A DNA stretch of 63,718 nucleotides, filler included, from Cercozoa sp. M6MM (Eukaryota > Protista > Endomyxa: Ascetosporea): NCBI GenBank assembly GCA_040357565.1. It is 15 parts of 15 records of this genome, joined end to end, with 100 filler letters (N's around TTAATTAATTAA, not from the genome) between each part and the next. Parts side by side here need not be neighbours in the genome. Positions count along the whole stretch, not along the records: positions 15,980 to 33,869 come from JBDODJ010000247.1; 14 more parts are not named here. One strand, 5' to 3'. Below, one piece after another: positions 16,622 through 28,300 of the stretch (its first letter is position 1; each line of letters starts with the position of its first letter). The position numbers were made by a program, and so were the translations under genes. The notes under the pieces were generated by a model. That model searched no databases. It saw nothing but the letters and a program-made list of their open reading frames with translations, and was not told the DNA's origin.

Positions 16622-17224
16622 TTATGTCGATATGTCTATATATATATATATATATTTATATACACAGCCTGCTGGCCAGTGGTGCCACACCTCGTTTCAC
16701 ACCTGCCGATGATGTACCCTCACCCCTGCCCATTACCCTACCCTACTCTCTCCTCTCCTCTCCTTCCCTCCCCTACCCCTCCCCCCAGTCGCTGCTGCCG
16801 ACGGACGGCGACACCAGCGGCAGCAACAGTCACTGCGGCATGGGCGGCCTCGGACGCGACGCGCACATCGTACCCTGGCCTTCTATCAGTATATAATAAT
16901 ATATATGTATCTATATATATATATGTTGATGTACATGTACGCTTATGTCTTGTATCTGTATCTTAAGTATATCCTTATTGTCTGGCCAGGTGGCTACGCG
17001 TCGGCGCAAAGCGGCTGTGGCCGGAGCCAAACGCGGTACTGTGCAAGTGTGCAAGTGTGCAAGTGTGCAAGTGTGTACAAGTGTGTGCGTGTGTGTGTGA
17101 TTGCCATGACATGCTGTGTTGTGGGGGGGCAGCACTGTGCGACACGCTGCCGCACCTGTGCCTGCTGGCGACGACTTTGGTGCCGCTGCTGCGACAGGGC
17201 ATCCTGCAACGCGACCTGCAATAG
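15993..17224 (+). CDS. ATG14/UVRAG/VPS38-like protein, C-terminal part
   Basis: Spliced LRASRSVIYD...DFPL/YNKGAAPARFEAAVRLLNADIAQL...DTLPHL resembles the family pattern GSRSxI..FPL..F..AVxLLNxNIAQL..TLxNL; stop TAG at 17222-17224. Confidence 0.7.
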
Positions 17225-17728
17225 CTCGTCTTCCTTCCTCTCACTTCATTTGTCGTCATCGTTCTGTTGAGTCGTATCTTCGCTTATGTGACATGCGCAT
17301 GTTACCGCAGCCTTAGACGAGATAGGGATCAGGTCTCGGTAAATTGAGGGCAATTTCGTCAGTGCGGTGAAAAAACCATGGAAGCAAGAAAGTCCGTTCT
17401 TGGAGGAAGAATGGAGTGTTACCCCTACGATTCAGTAGGGCGGCGAAGCACTGGTGGACGGGAAAGACACCCGTCAGATGTTGTTACTGGAGAAGGGACA
17501 TTCCCGAGACGGAGAGGCGCCGTCAGAACTGAGTTGGTGCGAAGTACTAGTAAGGAACGAACAAGATGTACATGTGTGTTGCGGAACTTCACAAGCTTAA
17601 GGGAGTTGGATGGCGCCACCCTAGAGGGCGGTCATGCTTGTAACCCACCCCAAGACTGGAGCAGGGGAACTACATGAGTTTAGTTGGTTTCTTAGTAGAC
17701 TGAAATATCGATTTGTCGTGTGTTGCAA

Positions 17729-17917
17729 GATAGCACGGAGGGTCTGCCGGTGGGCACGCTCTGCGGTATCCAGGTCGAAGATGAAGCCGATGTGGCTGCC
17801 TTTAAGGACGCTGTTCCGGAGGACTTTGTCGGCGGTGCCTCGGCGGCCGCGCCTGCCGAGGAGGCCCCCAAAATCCAGGAGGCTCCCAAGATAAGGCCAA
17901 AGGGACCCGCCCGGTGA
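17729..17917 (+). pseudogene. Orphan fragment of a dihydrolipoamide acetyltransferase (PDH E2) lipoyl domain plus linker
   Basis: DSTEGLPVGTLCGIQVEDEADVAAFKDAVPEDFVGGASAAAPAEEAPK matches the C-terminal half of E2 lipoyl domains and the Ala/Pro linker. No ETDKA exon upstream and no catalytic domain downstream. Confidence 0.7.
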
Positions 17918-18221
17918 AAACCAACTATGCAGTTCGAAGAAGACGGACGTACTAGCCCAGTCTTGACCATCAATTGGTATTGACACTCAATTGACCCTAA
18001 CTTGACTACACCCAGTGCAATCACCTCACTTGACTGTCAACGCAATCAACCGCCAATAGACCGATTTTTCGCTTCATTGTGGGTTGGGCCATCCAACTCC
18101 CCTTCTTGAAGTTCACGACAGATATTCTACTACGCTACACATCTCGATGGTGCTGTAGCCTTTCGGTCTCACTTTCAAAGTGTTGTTCCCTTTGATCGGC
18201 GGCCGATTGTGAGATGAATAC

Positions 18222-20655
18222 TCACTGAGGATTGGCTGACGGCGCGGTACGCTTCGGCTTGGCCACGGCGACAGGCGACCGGCGGCGGTCCCTCTCGCGC
18301 TCGCGTCGCATCCGACGCTTGCGGCGCCGCTCGGCGTTCTTGCGCGTGAAGGCGAGTTCCACGCTCTCGCCGGAGCGAATCACTTCTTGCAGTCGTTCCG
18401 CCACCTGATGTTACCACGGACAACAAGCCATATGAGGGTTAAAAAAAGACACAACAGAGCGTACATCAGCTTGCCCAGGCGAGTACAGCACCTCAACGTA
18501 GCCGTCCTTGCCCTAAGACAATGCATCCGTATAGACAGAGAGACAGGGAGGGAAGCACAGGCAAGACTGAGACAAGGTACAGCACGGCCGGTTCGACCGC
18601 AGCGATGCAGGAAGGTCGTGGCTGAAGGCGGCAGATCCAGGTGCACCACCTTGGCCACATCGGCAAAGTCGACACCTCTCGTCAGCAGGTCCGTTGACAC
18701 TAGCACTACGACAGAAAGGAAAGAATCAACTATATAGTGTCACCATGCAGCGGTGACTACCCTGTGACTCTGCATTCTCGAACCTTTCGACAGCACGCGC
18801 ACGCTCGGCCGCCGGTGTTTCCGAGTGAACTTCGCTCACGGCGACGCGACAATCGCGCAGGAATCGCGCGTACTTGCGCACTCGATCCGACGACGTGCCT
18901 GCTCTCACACATGCACATTCTTGCACAGACACAGGCACAGACACAGGCACAGACACAGACACACAGACACACAGACACAGACAGAGACTATAGTACCAAA
19001 AATAAGTGTCTTGGGAATCTCGACTTTCGAGGATTTGGTTTCTTTGCCTGCACACGCAGAGTCAAGTTGCACATTCACAGCAGAGAACTGAAATCACACA
19101 AGAAGAAGCAAGGCAAGAAGAAGTAAAGCAACGAACCCAAGGCTGCGAGAACGCGTTTGCGACGCTCAGCTTCGGTCGTGACGACGTGGAAGTCCACTGG
19201 CACGCGTGCCGAGAAGCGGTGGAACTGCCTGGTTTGCACCCACCTGCATCCGAAGAACGCACATGGCATAAAGCACAAACAAATCAAAACAAAGCACAAA
19301 CAAATCAAAACAAAGCACAAACAACTCGAACAAAGCAAAGACCACAGAAACGAAACACAAGGTGACAGCTACGTGGCATCGGCGAAGCGTGCGGCGATCA
19401 TGCTGTCGACCGACTTGGTTCCGCGTTTCGTGAAGGAAGCGCCGGCGAGGATCCACTGCGGCCGCGCGTACCGCAACGCGACGTTCTGCTTGACACGCGA
19501 CTGCCAAAAACAACACAAACCACAACGTAAAGTTTAAGTTGCGAAGTTTCAACCAAGAACGCAAGAGAAAGCGGGGCCTACTTGAATTTCGACAGTCCGC
19601 ATGGCCATTCGGTGTGCTCGTGAGAGACCGGCTGTTCTGTCAAAGAAGGCATCTTCGTAGGTAATGAAACTAATGAAACTAACGTACTTTGACTGCTGCT
19701 GCTGCTCGACGGTTTCGTCATAGCGCTCGAAATCAGCGTTGGTGAAACCTTCGCCTTCGTCGTCTTCGTTCTGCGAGCCACAGTGGTTCTTGCATCCTTG
19801 CATCCGAGAACAAAAACGCGAAACTGACCTCCAGTGTCGCCAGTGCTTTTCGCATCTCGGCGGCGATTTGCTGGTCACCTTTCGAGGCTACAAACAGTCA
19901 AGGGATACATACATATATATATATATATATAGAATACATATATCCACATTATATATAATATGTAATATACAAGATATATATAATATATATATATACATCT
20001 AGAGGGTAGATAATATGTACGGTCGGAGGCGAGCTCTTCGAGTCGGCGACGTCGCCGCGCGATCTGTCGGTGTCGCAGGAAGAGCGACTGCATGGCCTGC
20101 TTGTGCACATCGCCTAGCACTTGGTCGGCCTCGTCGATCACCATGTGTTTGGCAGCGCACACTGCTTGCTGCGAGGGACAGAAAGGTATCTCAACTCAAC
20201 TCAACGCAACTCGGTTCAACTCAACTCAACTCAAATGATAGGTTGTACCACATCGGCACTCTCGACAAAGTGAGCAGCCGTGGTGACCAAAAGCGTCGAA
20301 CGCTGGCCTCGTCTGGGCCAGTTGCCAGTGACATCGGTGTGCACACTGACAGGCGTGTCACGACACAGACGTGAGGCCACAGTGCCGACCTGCTGTACTA
20401 GCTCGTGCGACGGCACCAGCACCTGCAAAAACACAAACACACAGTAATAAACGGCAAACACAGGCGATCAACATTCGGTAATCATACCACAGCACGAAAG
20501 TCCTCTCGGTTAGCAGTGTCACGTCGCGAGAGTTTCTCAATCAGCGGCAACAAGTAGGCCAGTGTCTTGCCACTGCCTGTTTCGGCGGCAACAACGACGT
20601 CGTTGTCTGACTCTGCGATCGCTGGCAGCGCGTCTGATCGGAAGGCACGCAACAT

Positions 20656-20732
<77 letters not shown>

Positions 20733-20742
20733 NNNNNNNNNN

Positions 20743-20780
<38 letters not shown>

Positions 20781-21444
20781 ACACACACACACACAAGTCG
20801 CTTAAACTCAAAAACTCAAGCTGGCATATTGTACCAGCTTGCACTTGCGAAGCGTGCTCGCTGTTCAAGTGCTGCGAGACATTCGACTGCACACGCACAC
20901 AATTTCGGAAACACGGAAGCTGCAGAAATGTTCAACGGTGCGATACAGCCAACTGAGATGACAGAAGTTGAGAGAAGCGTTTCTCCGAATGGAACGACGA
21001 CGTTGTCGCTTCCGGTTGCACCTCACCCGTCGGATTGTTCACCGAGTGCATCGGGTCCTTCTTCATTTTTGCCCGCATATCGTGCCTGGCACGGCGTCGC
21101 TGCTGGGTGAACTCGCGTTTCTGTTGATCTCTCCGCGCGGAGGCATCTTCCTTTCGATCGCTTTGCAGCACTACTCACCTCCAAAACTCACACTGAACAA
21201 GGGCAAACAATTTGGAGAAACGCACAAGTGGCAGTGTCGAACTGGTCGATGATTTCTGCGCCGAGCGAGCTGAACTGTCGCACTGCACACAAAGCACGTG
21301 GTTATGTTAACTCAAAGATATGATAAACAACAAACTCAGAACAAAATCCAAACAGTAAAACAGGAGCAGGGAACCTTCACGTGTCTGGCCATTCCGAAAC
21401 GACGCAAAAAGTAGTCGCGCCGCGGGTGACTGCACACGCCGCAT
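18222..21444 (-). CDS. DEAD-box RNA helicase, RH22/DDX28-like, probably mitochondrial
   Basis: Motifs AAETGSGKTLAYLLP, LVPSHELVQQV, VIDEADQVL, STDLLTRGVDFADV, FLHRCGRTGRAG, C-terminal ELAFTRK; N-terminus MRRVQSPAARLLFASFR looks like a presequence. Confidence 0.9.
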
Positions 21445-21852
21445 ACTGGCAACTGTGTCTAAATATTAAATACTACACGTTCACGCGTGCTAGCTGTCTC
21501 CGCGTGTCACTAGGTCATTCCCGGAGCGCCGGGACCATTGATCGTTTGCCACACGGTCAAGACGTTGCACAGTTTTTTGTACCGAGCGTCCTAGCTGCAC
21601 GACAGCTTTGTTTTTGTTGTCGCTCGCACCCTGTGCTTTCCTGACATAGGCCCACTATGCGTACCACCAGACTCGCCAGTCAGGTAAAGCAATGCACGGT
21701 CAGTGATGTCACAACAGGAGAAACCTCTCTGACTCTCACACAACTCTCCATTATTTCGGCTTTGTACGCGACCGGTGTTTTTGCGCGTGATTGTATTTGC
21801 GGCCCTCCTTTGTGCGGATCTTGGCAGACGTTTGCAGATATTTCGAAATCGC

Positions 21853-24612
21853 ATGTTTGCAATTCTCTCCGTTGCACAGGTGCGCCGGTATGCGCACACC
21901 GTCGAGCCGTTTAGCTTTCGTGTCGGACACGAGCCCAAGTGGACCACGGCGGAACAGGCTGTGAAAATTGTGCGTTTCTTTTTTATAATTCTCCTTCAAC
22001 AATTAAAAAACATCTTTCGCAGGTGAACTCTGGCGATCGCGTGTTTCTCCACTCTGCAGCGTAAGCTCTGTTTTAGTGTTGTTTGTACACATGCAGTTTT
22101 TATGTCGGTTCGTTTTGCGTGTGCAGTGCGACGCCGCAGCATCTCGTGCAGGCTCTCGCTGACCATGGTCTTGGCAGCAAGCTGAGCAATGTTGATCTGT
22201 ACCACATTCATACTGAGGGTAATAACTTCCATTCTTCCGCCAGTTGAGACATGTTACCGCTGAACTGTCGAACACAGGCTTCTTGCCCGTTGCTCCGGAG
22301 TACGAGGGCGTGTTCCGTGATCACTCCATGGTATGCCGCGCAACCTACGTGAGCAAGTGATTGTGATTTATGTTGGCGTTTTAGTTCATTGGTCGCAATG
22401 CGCGCGAAGCTGTCCGTGAAGGTACAGTTTTTGCTGTTAAGTTCTTTTTTGCAATTAAAGGAATTAACTGAAATCGTTCGCAGGACGCGCTGACTTTGTG
22501 CCGTCATTTCTCAGCGATGTGCCGCGTTTGTTCCGTGACTCGGTGATTGACGTGGTACCTCCACATACCCATGCCAGTAGCCTTGTTGTTGAGCGAGATT
22601 GCTTTTGCTGTGCGTCAAAAGGACGTCGCGCTCGTGAGCGTCAGTCCTCCGGACAAGCACGGCTACTGCTCGCTTGTACCATCGTTGTGTTTCCGTGCTG
22701 CGTGTGTGCTCGTACTGACTGACTGGGCTCTCGAAAAACACAGGGCGTCTCGGTCGACGTGACGCGTGCTGCGTACGTTGCTTGCTGCTCTGTCCTTTTG
22801 CATGCGTGAGGGAGTTTACCTCTGCCCTCAGTGTCGAGAAGGCCAAGGTAGTGATCGGCCAAGTGAACACGCACATGCCGCGTGTGCACGGCGATGGACA
22901 GTACTCTGGGCCTTAGCAGACACTTGCAGTAGCATCCATATATGAGATGGGTCACGTGTGTGGCAGCATTCACATCTCGAACTTTGACGCGCTGGTGCGT
23001 CACGACGAGCCACTGCACGAGGCCACTCCGCGCGTACGCATGTGTGTCTCTCGAGAATCCTGTCAGGGGATGCGTTGTGTGTCTTTTTAACAGCGTTCGG
23101 ACGTGACGGACGCGATTGGCGAACACGTGGCTGGCGTACCTTTTTGTCCGATCTGTTCTGTGTCTGTGTATGTGTATATGTGTTGTATGTGTCTGTGTCT
23201 CTGTGTGTCTCTGTGTGATGTGATGTGAGTTTCTTAGGTGATTGACGACCGGTCCACTGTGCAACTTGGCATTGGTACCCTTACGGTTTTCTGGTTGAGT
23301 AATAGGGGGGGGGGTACTGTTGCTGTATGTGTGTGCACTCTTAGGTGCCATTCCTGATGCCGTGTGCCGCAACTTGCACCTGCACAAGGTGGGTTGCCTT
23401 CCTGTGTTGAGGGGCAGTTTGAGTATGTTGGTATGTAAGAACTCGCGCGTAGGACCTCGGTGTGCACACGGAGATGTTCTCCGACGGTGTCGTGGAGCTG
23501 TACAACAAGGGCGCCATCACGAACGCCTACAAGAAGATCCACCGCGGCCTGTCGGTAGGGCCCGTCTGTGTGTTTTCTTTCCCAGTTGGTGTGTATGCAG
23601 GATGTCTTGAGTAGGTCAGCAGCTTCGTCATTGGTTCCAAGAAGGTGTACGACTTTGTGGATGGTAAGAGGGAGAGAGAGCAGTTTAGCGTGCTTTTGTG
23701 TCCATGTACTTGTGCCTGTTGCATTGGATAGACAACCCGTCGGTGCACCTGCTGGACGCTGCCTACACGAATGCCGTCGGTGTCATCGCTCAGGTATGTC
23801 AAGTCGCTTTTGTGCACAAATGAGGAGGCATGCGTCTCCGTAGAACCCGAACGTGGTGGCCGTCAACAGCGCACTCGAAGTTGACCGTAGCCTCAGCTCA
23901 CATATAAGTTAAAGAAGGGCACACATATTCTCTTTCTCTCTCTGTAGTGACGGGCCAGGTGGCGGCCGACTCGCTTGGCACGCGTATGTTCTCAGGCGTG
24001 GTAGGCCCTCCCGCGTTGTCTGAGCACCTGATGTGGCAGGACCACCTACTGCCCTGTGTGTGGTGTGTTTAGGGTGGCCAAGTCGACTTCATCACGGGTG
24101 CCGCGCTCAGCGAGGGCGGCAAGCCGATCATTGCGCTGCCGTCCAGCACGTCCTCGGTACGCACGCGCTGTGCCTTACCCCCCCTCTCTCCCTCCCTGAC
24201 TTTTGTGTACACAGAACCTGTCGCGCATTGTGCCGACACTCAAGGAGGGTACACATGGGATTGTATCTGTTTTGAGGATGAGGATGAGAGAGTCTATGGC
24301 ACAGGTGCCGGTGTTGTGACGACACGCTCGCACGTTCACTACGTCGCCACGGAGCAGTATGACGCTGCTCTACAATACTGAGTATCATATGTGTTGATGG
24401 ATTCATGGATTGATGTGCCGTAGCGGCATTGTCGACCTGTTTGGCAAGTCGCTGCCGGAGCGCGCACGTGCGCTGATCAGCATCGCGCATCCCGACCACC
24501 GGGTAACACTGGCCTGTTCGTTGTGTGTGTATCGGTTATGCGTGTTGTGCTGCCGCAGGAGGACCTCGCGCGTGCCGCGTTTGAGCGCTACAACATGCGC
24601 TTCTTTGACTAA
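21853..24612 (+). CDS. Acetyl-CoA hydrolase/transferase family: acetate:succinate CoA-transferase (subfamily IB) / 4-hydroxybutyrate CoA-transferase, mitochondrial
   Basis: Fully spliceable through 22 GT-AG introns: SGDRVFLHSAAATP, VSPPDKHGYCSLGVSVD, QLGIGAIPDAV, DLGVHTEMFSDG, EVDLTGQV, GVGGQVDF, ERARALISIAHPDHR. N-terminus MFAILSVAQVRRYA. Confidence 0.93.
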
Positions 24613-24889
24613 TTCCATTCCAACCCTGTGCCAGCACTCGCTCCCTCGCCTTTTGTACCTTACAACACAAACGTTGATTTATATTGCCACTCCCTGGTAT
24701 CGTGTTGATCGGCTGTCGGACCAATCGTATTCTACTGTACAGTAAAGTAAAAACAGCCGATCAGACATGATTTTTTGTTAAAGGAGTGACAGCGCGACTT
24801 GTACGAGCACGAGGCTCGACAAGAGTTTTGGAAGTGTAGTGATAGTGTGTCAGCACAGTGCTGCGCACAAGCAGACGAAAACTAGAGTC

Positions 24890-26028
24890 ATGCAGGCGAA
24901 TCATCTGTACAAAGTGGGCGCCAGCCAAGCCGAAGAGGTCGGTGTTATGTTTCTTCCTTTGTGGTCGGTTACGCAAGCACTGAAAATAGGATCTCCAGAA
25001 GCGTCGGCGGCGCAAGAAAGTCGCCGATGCCGGCTCAAAGCATGTACTACGGACACATGACTTTGTCGGTTCAATGTGTGCAAGCTTGAGCAGAAGAAAG
25101 TCTACCGTGCGCCGGTGAAGCTGCTGATCGACTTTTCCGTTGAGGAGGTGTGCGAGTGGCTGCGTGGTACTTTACCTCCCCCAACGCTACGTTCAACCCA
25201 AGTTACCCCCTCCCCCGATAGCACAAGGCGCCCCACTGGACCTGTGGGCTACCGAGTTCGAAATCGAGGACATTGATGGCGGTACACTGTGCTCAGTGTC
25301 GAGCAATAACCACATGGACCAGTTTGTTTGGGCAGAGAAGCTGCTCAACATGTCGTCCAAGGAGATGAAGAACGAACTTGGCATGACTGACAGGTACTTG
25401 GGGGGGGGGGTGTAGAGGGGTAAATGGTAGAGGGGGGTAAAGGGGTAGGAGGGACGGAGTAATAGGGGGTAAAGGGGAGGGTGGAAGGGGATAAAATACT
25501 TGTTCGCAGAGCTACCCGGCAGGCCCTCAAGGCCGGCATCGCCGCTCTCCAAACGCGTGATCTCGACGAAGAAGCTCTCGCCGCCGCCCGAGAGGCCGAG
25601 GAGCGAGGTACCTGGGGGAGGGGGGTAAAGGGGGTAGGGGGTAAATAAGAGGGTGGTTGAAGGGGTTAACCTATTTGTTGCATACAGTCCAGGCCGAGAA
25701 GGATCGCGAAGCTCGTGAGAAACGCCGCCAGGAGAAACGCAAGCGACTGCTTAACAAGCAAGCGGTAGGTTGCACTGACACACGTGCTCACTGACTCACG
25801 TGCTCACTGACAGATATTCTATGTTGTGTGTGTGATAGGTGACACGTGCCCAACGCAGCAACACCGAGTTCCAAACCGTCAACTGGCGCACGCGCCGACT
25901 GGTGCTGCCGGTGCGTTTCTCTCAAAACGCTTGTTGATCTGTGTACCACAGATATATATATTTATATATATATATATATATAGAGTTCATCTATTTTTAT
26001 GTGTGTATGTGTGTGTGTGTATGTGTGT

Positions 26029-26086
<58 letters not shown>

Positions 26087-26096
26087 NNNNNNNNNN

Positions 26097-26150
<54 letters not shown>

Positions 26151-26850
26151 TGTATGTGTGTGTGTGTGCGTGTGTGTATGTGTGTGTGTGTGTGTGTGTG
26201 TTTGGACAGGGTCAGCAAGTCGAGCAGGAGAAAATCGATCTGGCCGAGGAGCTGATGTCAGACGAGGCGACGCAGAAGGCGCTGCAGGAGGCTGCACTGG
26301 CCAAGGTGTTTAACCTTGTATTCCCACCCCCATTTTATCCCCTCCTACCTTCCCTCTGTTTTTGTTGAATTGCGTATTGTGAGAAGGGTGACGCCGACAG
26401 TGGCCGTTTGGCTCTGGCGCAGTTGCGCGAAGATGTACCGTACCCCTTTTTACCTCTCCCCCTTACCCCTTAGCCCCCCTTCTGTGTAGAGGCGCCAGAC
26501 ACAGATTCGACTGCGCGAACTCAAGCTGCAGAAGCAAGTAGGTGTTTACCCCCTTGTTTAGCCCTGTTTACCCCCTTCCCCCACAGGCGGCCGAGTTGAA
26601 ACTGAAGCGTGAGCGCGAGGAAGCCGAACAGCGCAGACAACAGGTTAGTTTTGCATCCATCATTTTTGGTCTACTTACCCCCCCCCCTTGTCTGTAGGAG
26701 GAGTTACTGCGCATGCGTGCTGCTCATCTGGGCATCGATTCGCTGCCAAGCAGTACTGCAACGCCGGCGCAGGACGTGCCCTCAATGCCACCACCGCCGC
26801 CGCCGGTTCCGTCTACTGCCGGTGTTAACAGCAGGTGTTTCTCTCTTTCT

Positions 26851-26900
<50 letters not shown>

Positions 26901-26910
26901 NNNNNNNNNN

Positions 26911-26959
<49 letters not shown>

Positions 26960-27062
26960 CCCGCATAATACATATATATGTATTATATCCGTTTGTTCTT
27001 GTGCGCGACTGTGCTTGGGCAGAGGACCGGTGAAACTCACGCTGAGGCTGCGCAAACAGTAA
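24890..27062 (+). CDS. SAM-like domain plus coiled-coil and Pro-rich protein
   Basis: FSVEEVCEWL...FEIEDIDGGTL...LLNMSSKEMKNELGMTD...LKAGIAAL fits the SAM consensus; followed by E/K/R-rich heptad exons and PPPPPP; ends LRKQ-TAA. Confidence 0.7.
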
Positions 27063-27372
27063 GCCGTGCCAGCCCCGCCCCCCGCCCCAGCTGGCCTCTG
27101 GCTTAAGCACGGCAGTTAGCGTATGTTGATCACTGTAATACTACAAGTTCGGAGGTCGTTGCTTGCACGCAATTCAGTCATACGTCTTCCCGTAAATTCC
27201 GCGTGGCCCACCAAGTGAGAACGAAAACATCAGAAAACATCAGCACTGGGACGTAAAACGATTGGGTGCAATTGGTGCAACAGGCTGTAACGGACCCTAA
27301 CTGGTGCTCAACCTGTGATCGGGTTAGATAGCTAGCACTCCTTCACTCAGTGCGTGTTAAGCGCAGGACAGG

Positions 27373-28163
27373 ATGTTGCTAGGTTTGTTTTTGAGCGCAC
27401 TGGCGCTGACCGTGTTGGGTCGCGAGTACATGTTCTGGCACCAAAAGCCGGAGTTCCTCGTGTTCGAGGGCGGAGGGAACCGCGCCTTTGCGTACGTTAG
27501 CCCCTGCAAAGACATCCGCGCGGATGGAATGGCGTTTTCGCATGTCTAAATGTGTCTTAGCTACTGCGGCACACTGTACGAGTTGGGACGTCATGGATAC
27601 CTTGACAAGGTCCGAGGTACGTTTTGGAAGCGTTGATGAGGTGGTATTGCACGTAACTCATCTCTTTTCCGCAGGTGCGGCTGGAGCATCAGCAGGCTCG
27701 GTGTTTGCAACAATGGTTGCTGCCGGCTTCTCGACCACTGAGATCACGGAAGCCATGCTGCGCACCGACTTCAGTCAGTTTGCGGGTGACACCTGGTGCC
27801 TCACTGTCTTTTTGTGCCTGGATTCTGTTTCTGTTGTACCTTGTTAACCTGCCCATTTGTGCCATAGGTGGCCCACCAAGGTGTGGAATCTCTTCGAGAA
27901 GTTTGGACTGATTCGAGGTACTGAAACTTTCTGGGCTTTCGTTGTTCTCGTGTTTTCTTTGCCGCGACTCCGTCTTTCTTCCAGGTGACGAAGTCGTCGA
28001 TTGGATCGGAGCTTTGTTGGAAGCTAAGGTGCTGATAGACTATAGCTTTTGGTGGGGTGCTTGTGATGGTATGGGTGACAATGAATGATAGGGCATTGCC
28101 AAAGACACGACGTTCAAGCAGCTGCACGAACTCACGCAACGCGAACTCGTCATTGTGGTGCTT

Positions 28164-28202
<39 letters not shown>

Positions 28203-28236
28203 AAAACACACACACACACACACACACATACACACA

Positions 28237-28300
<64 letters not shown>

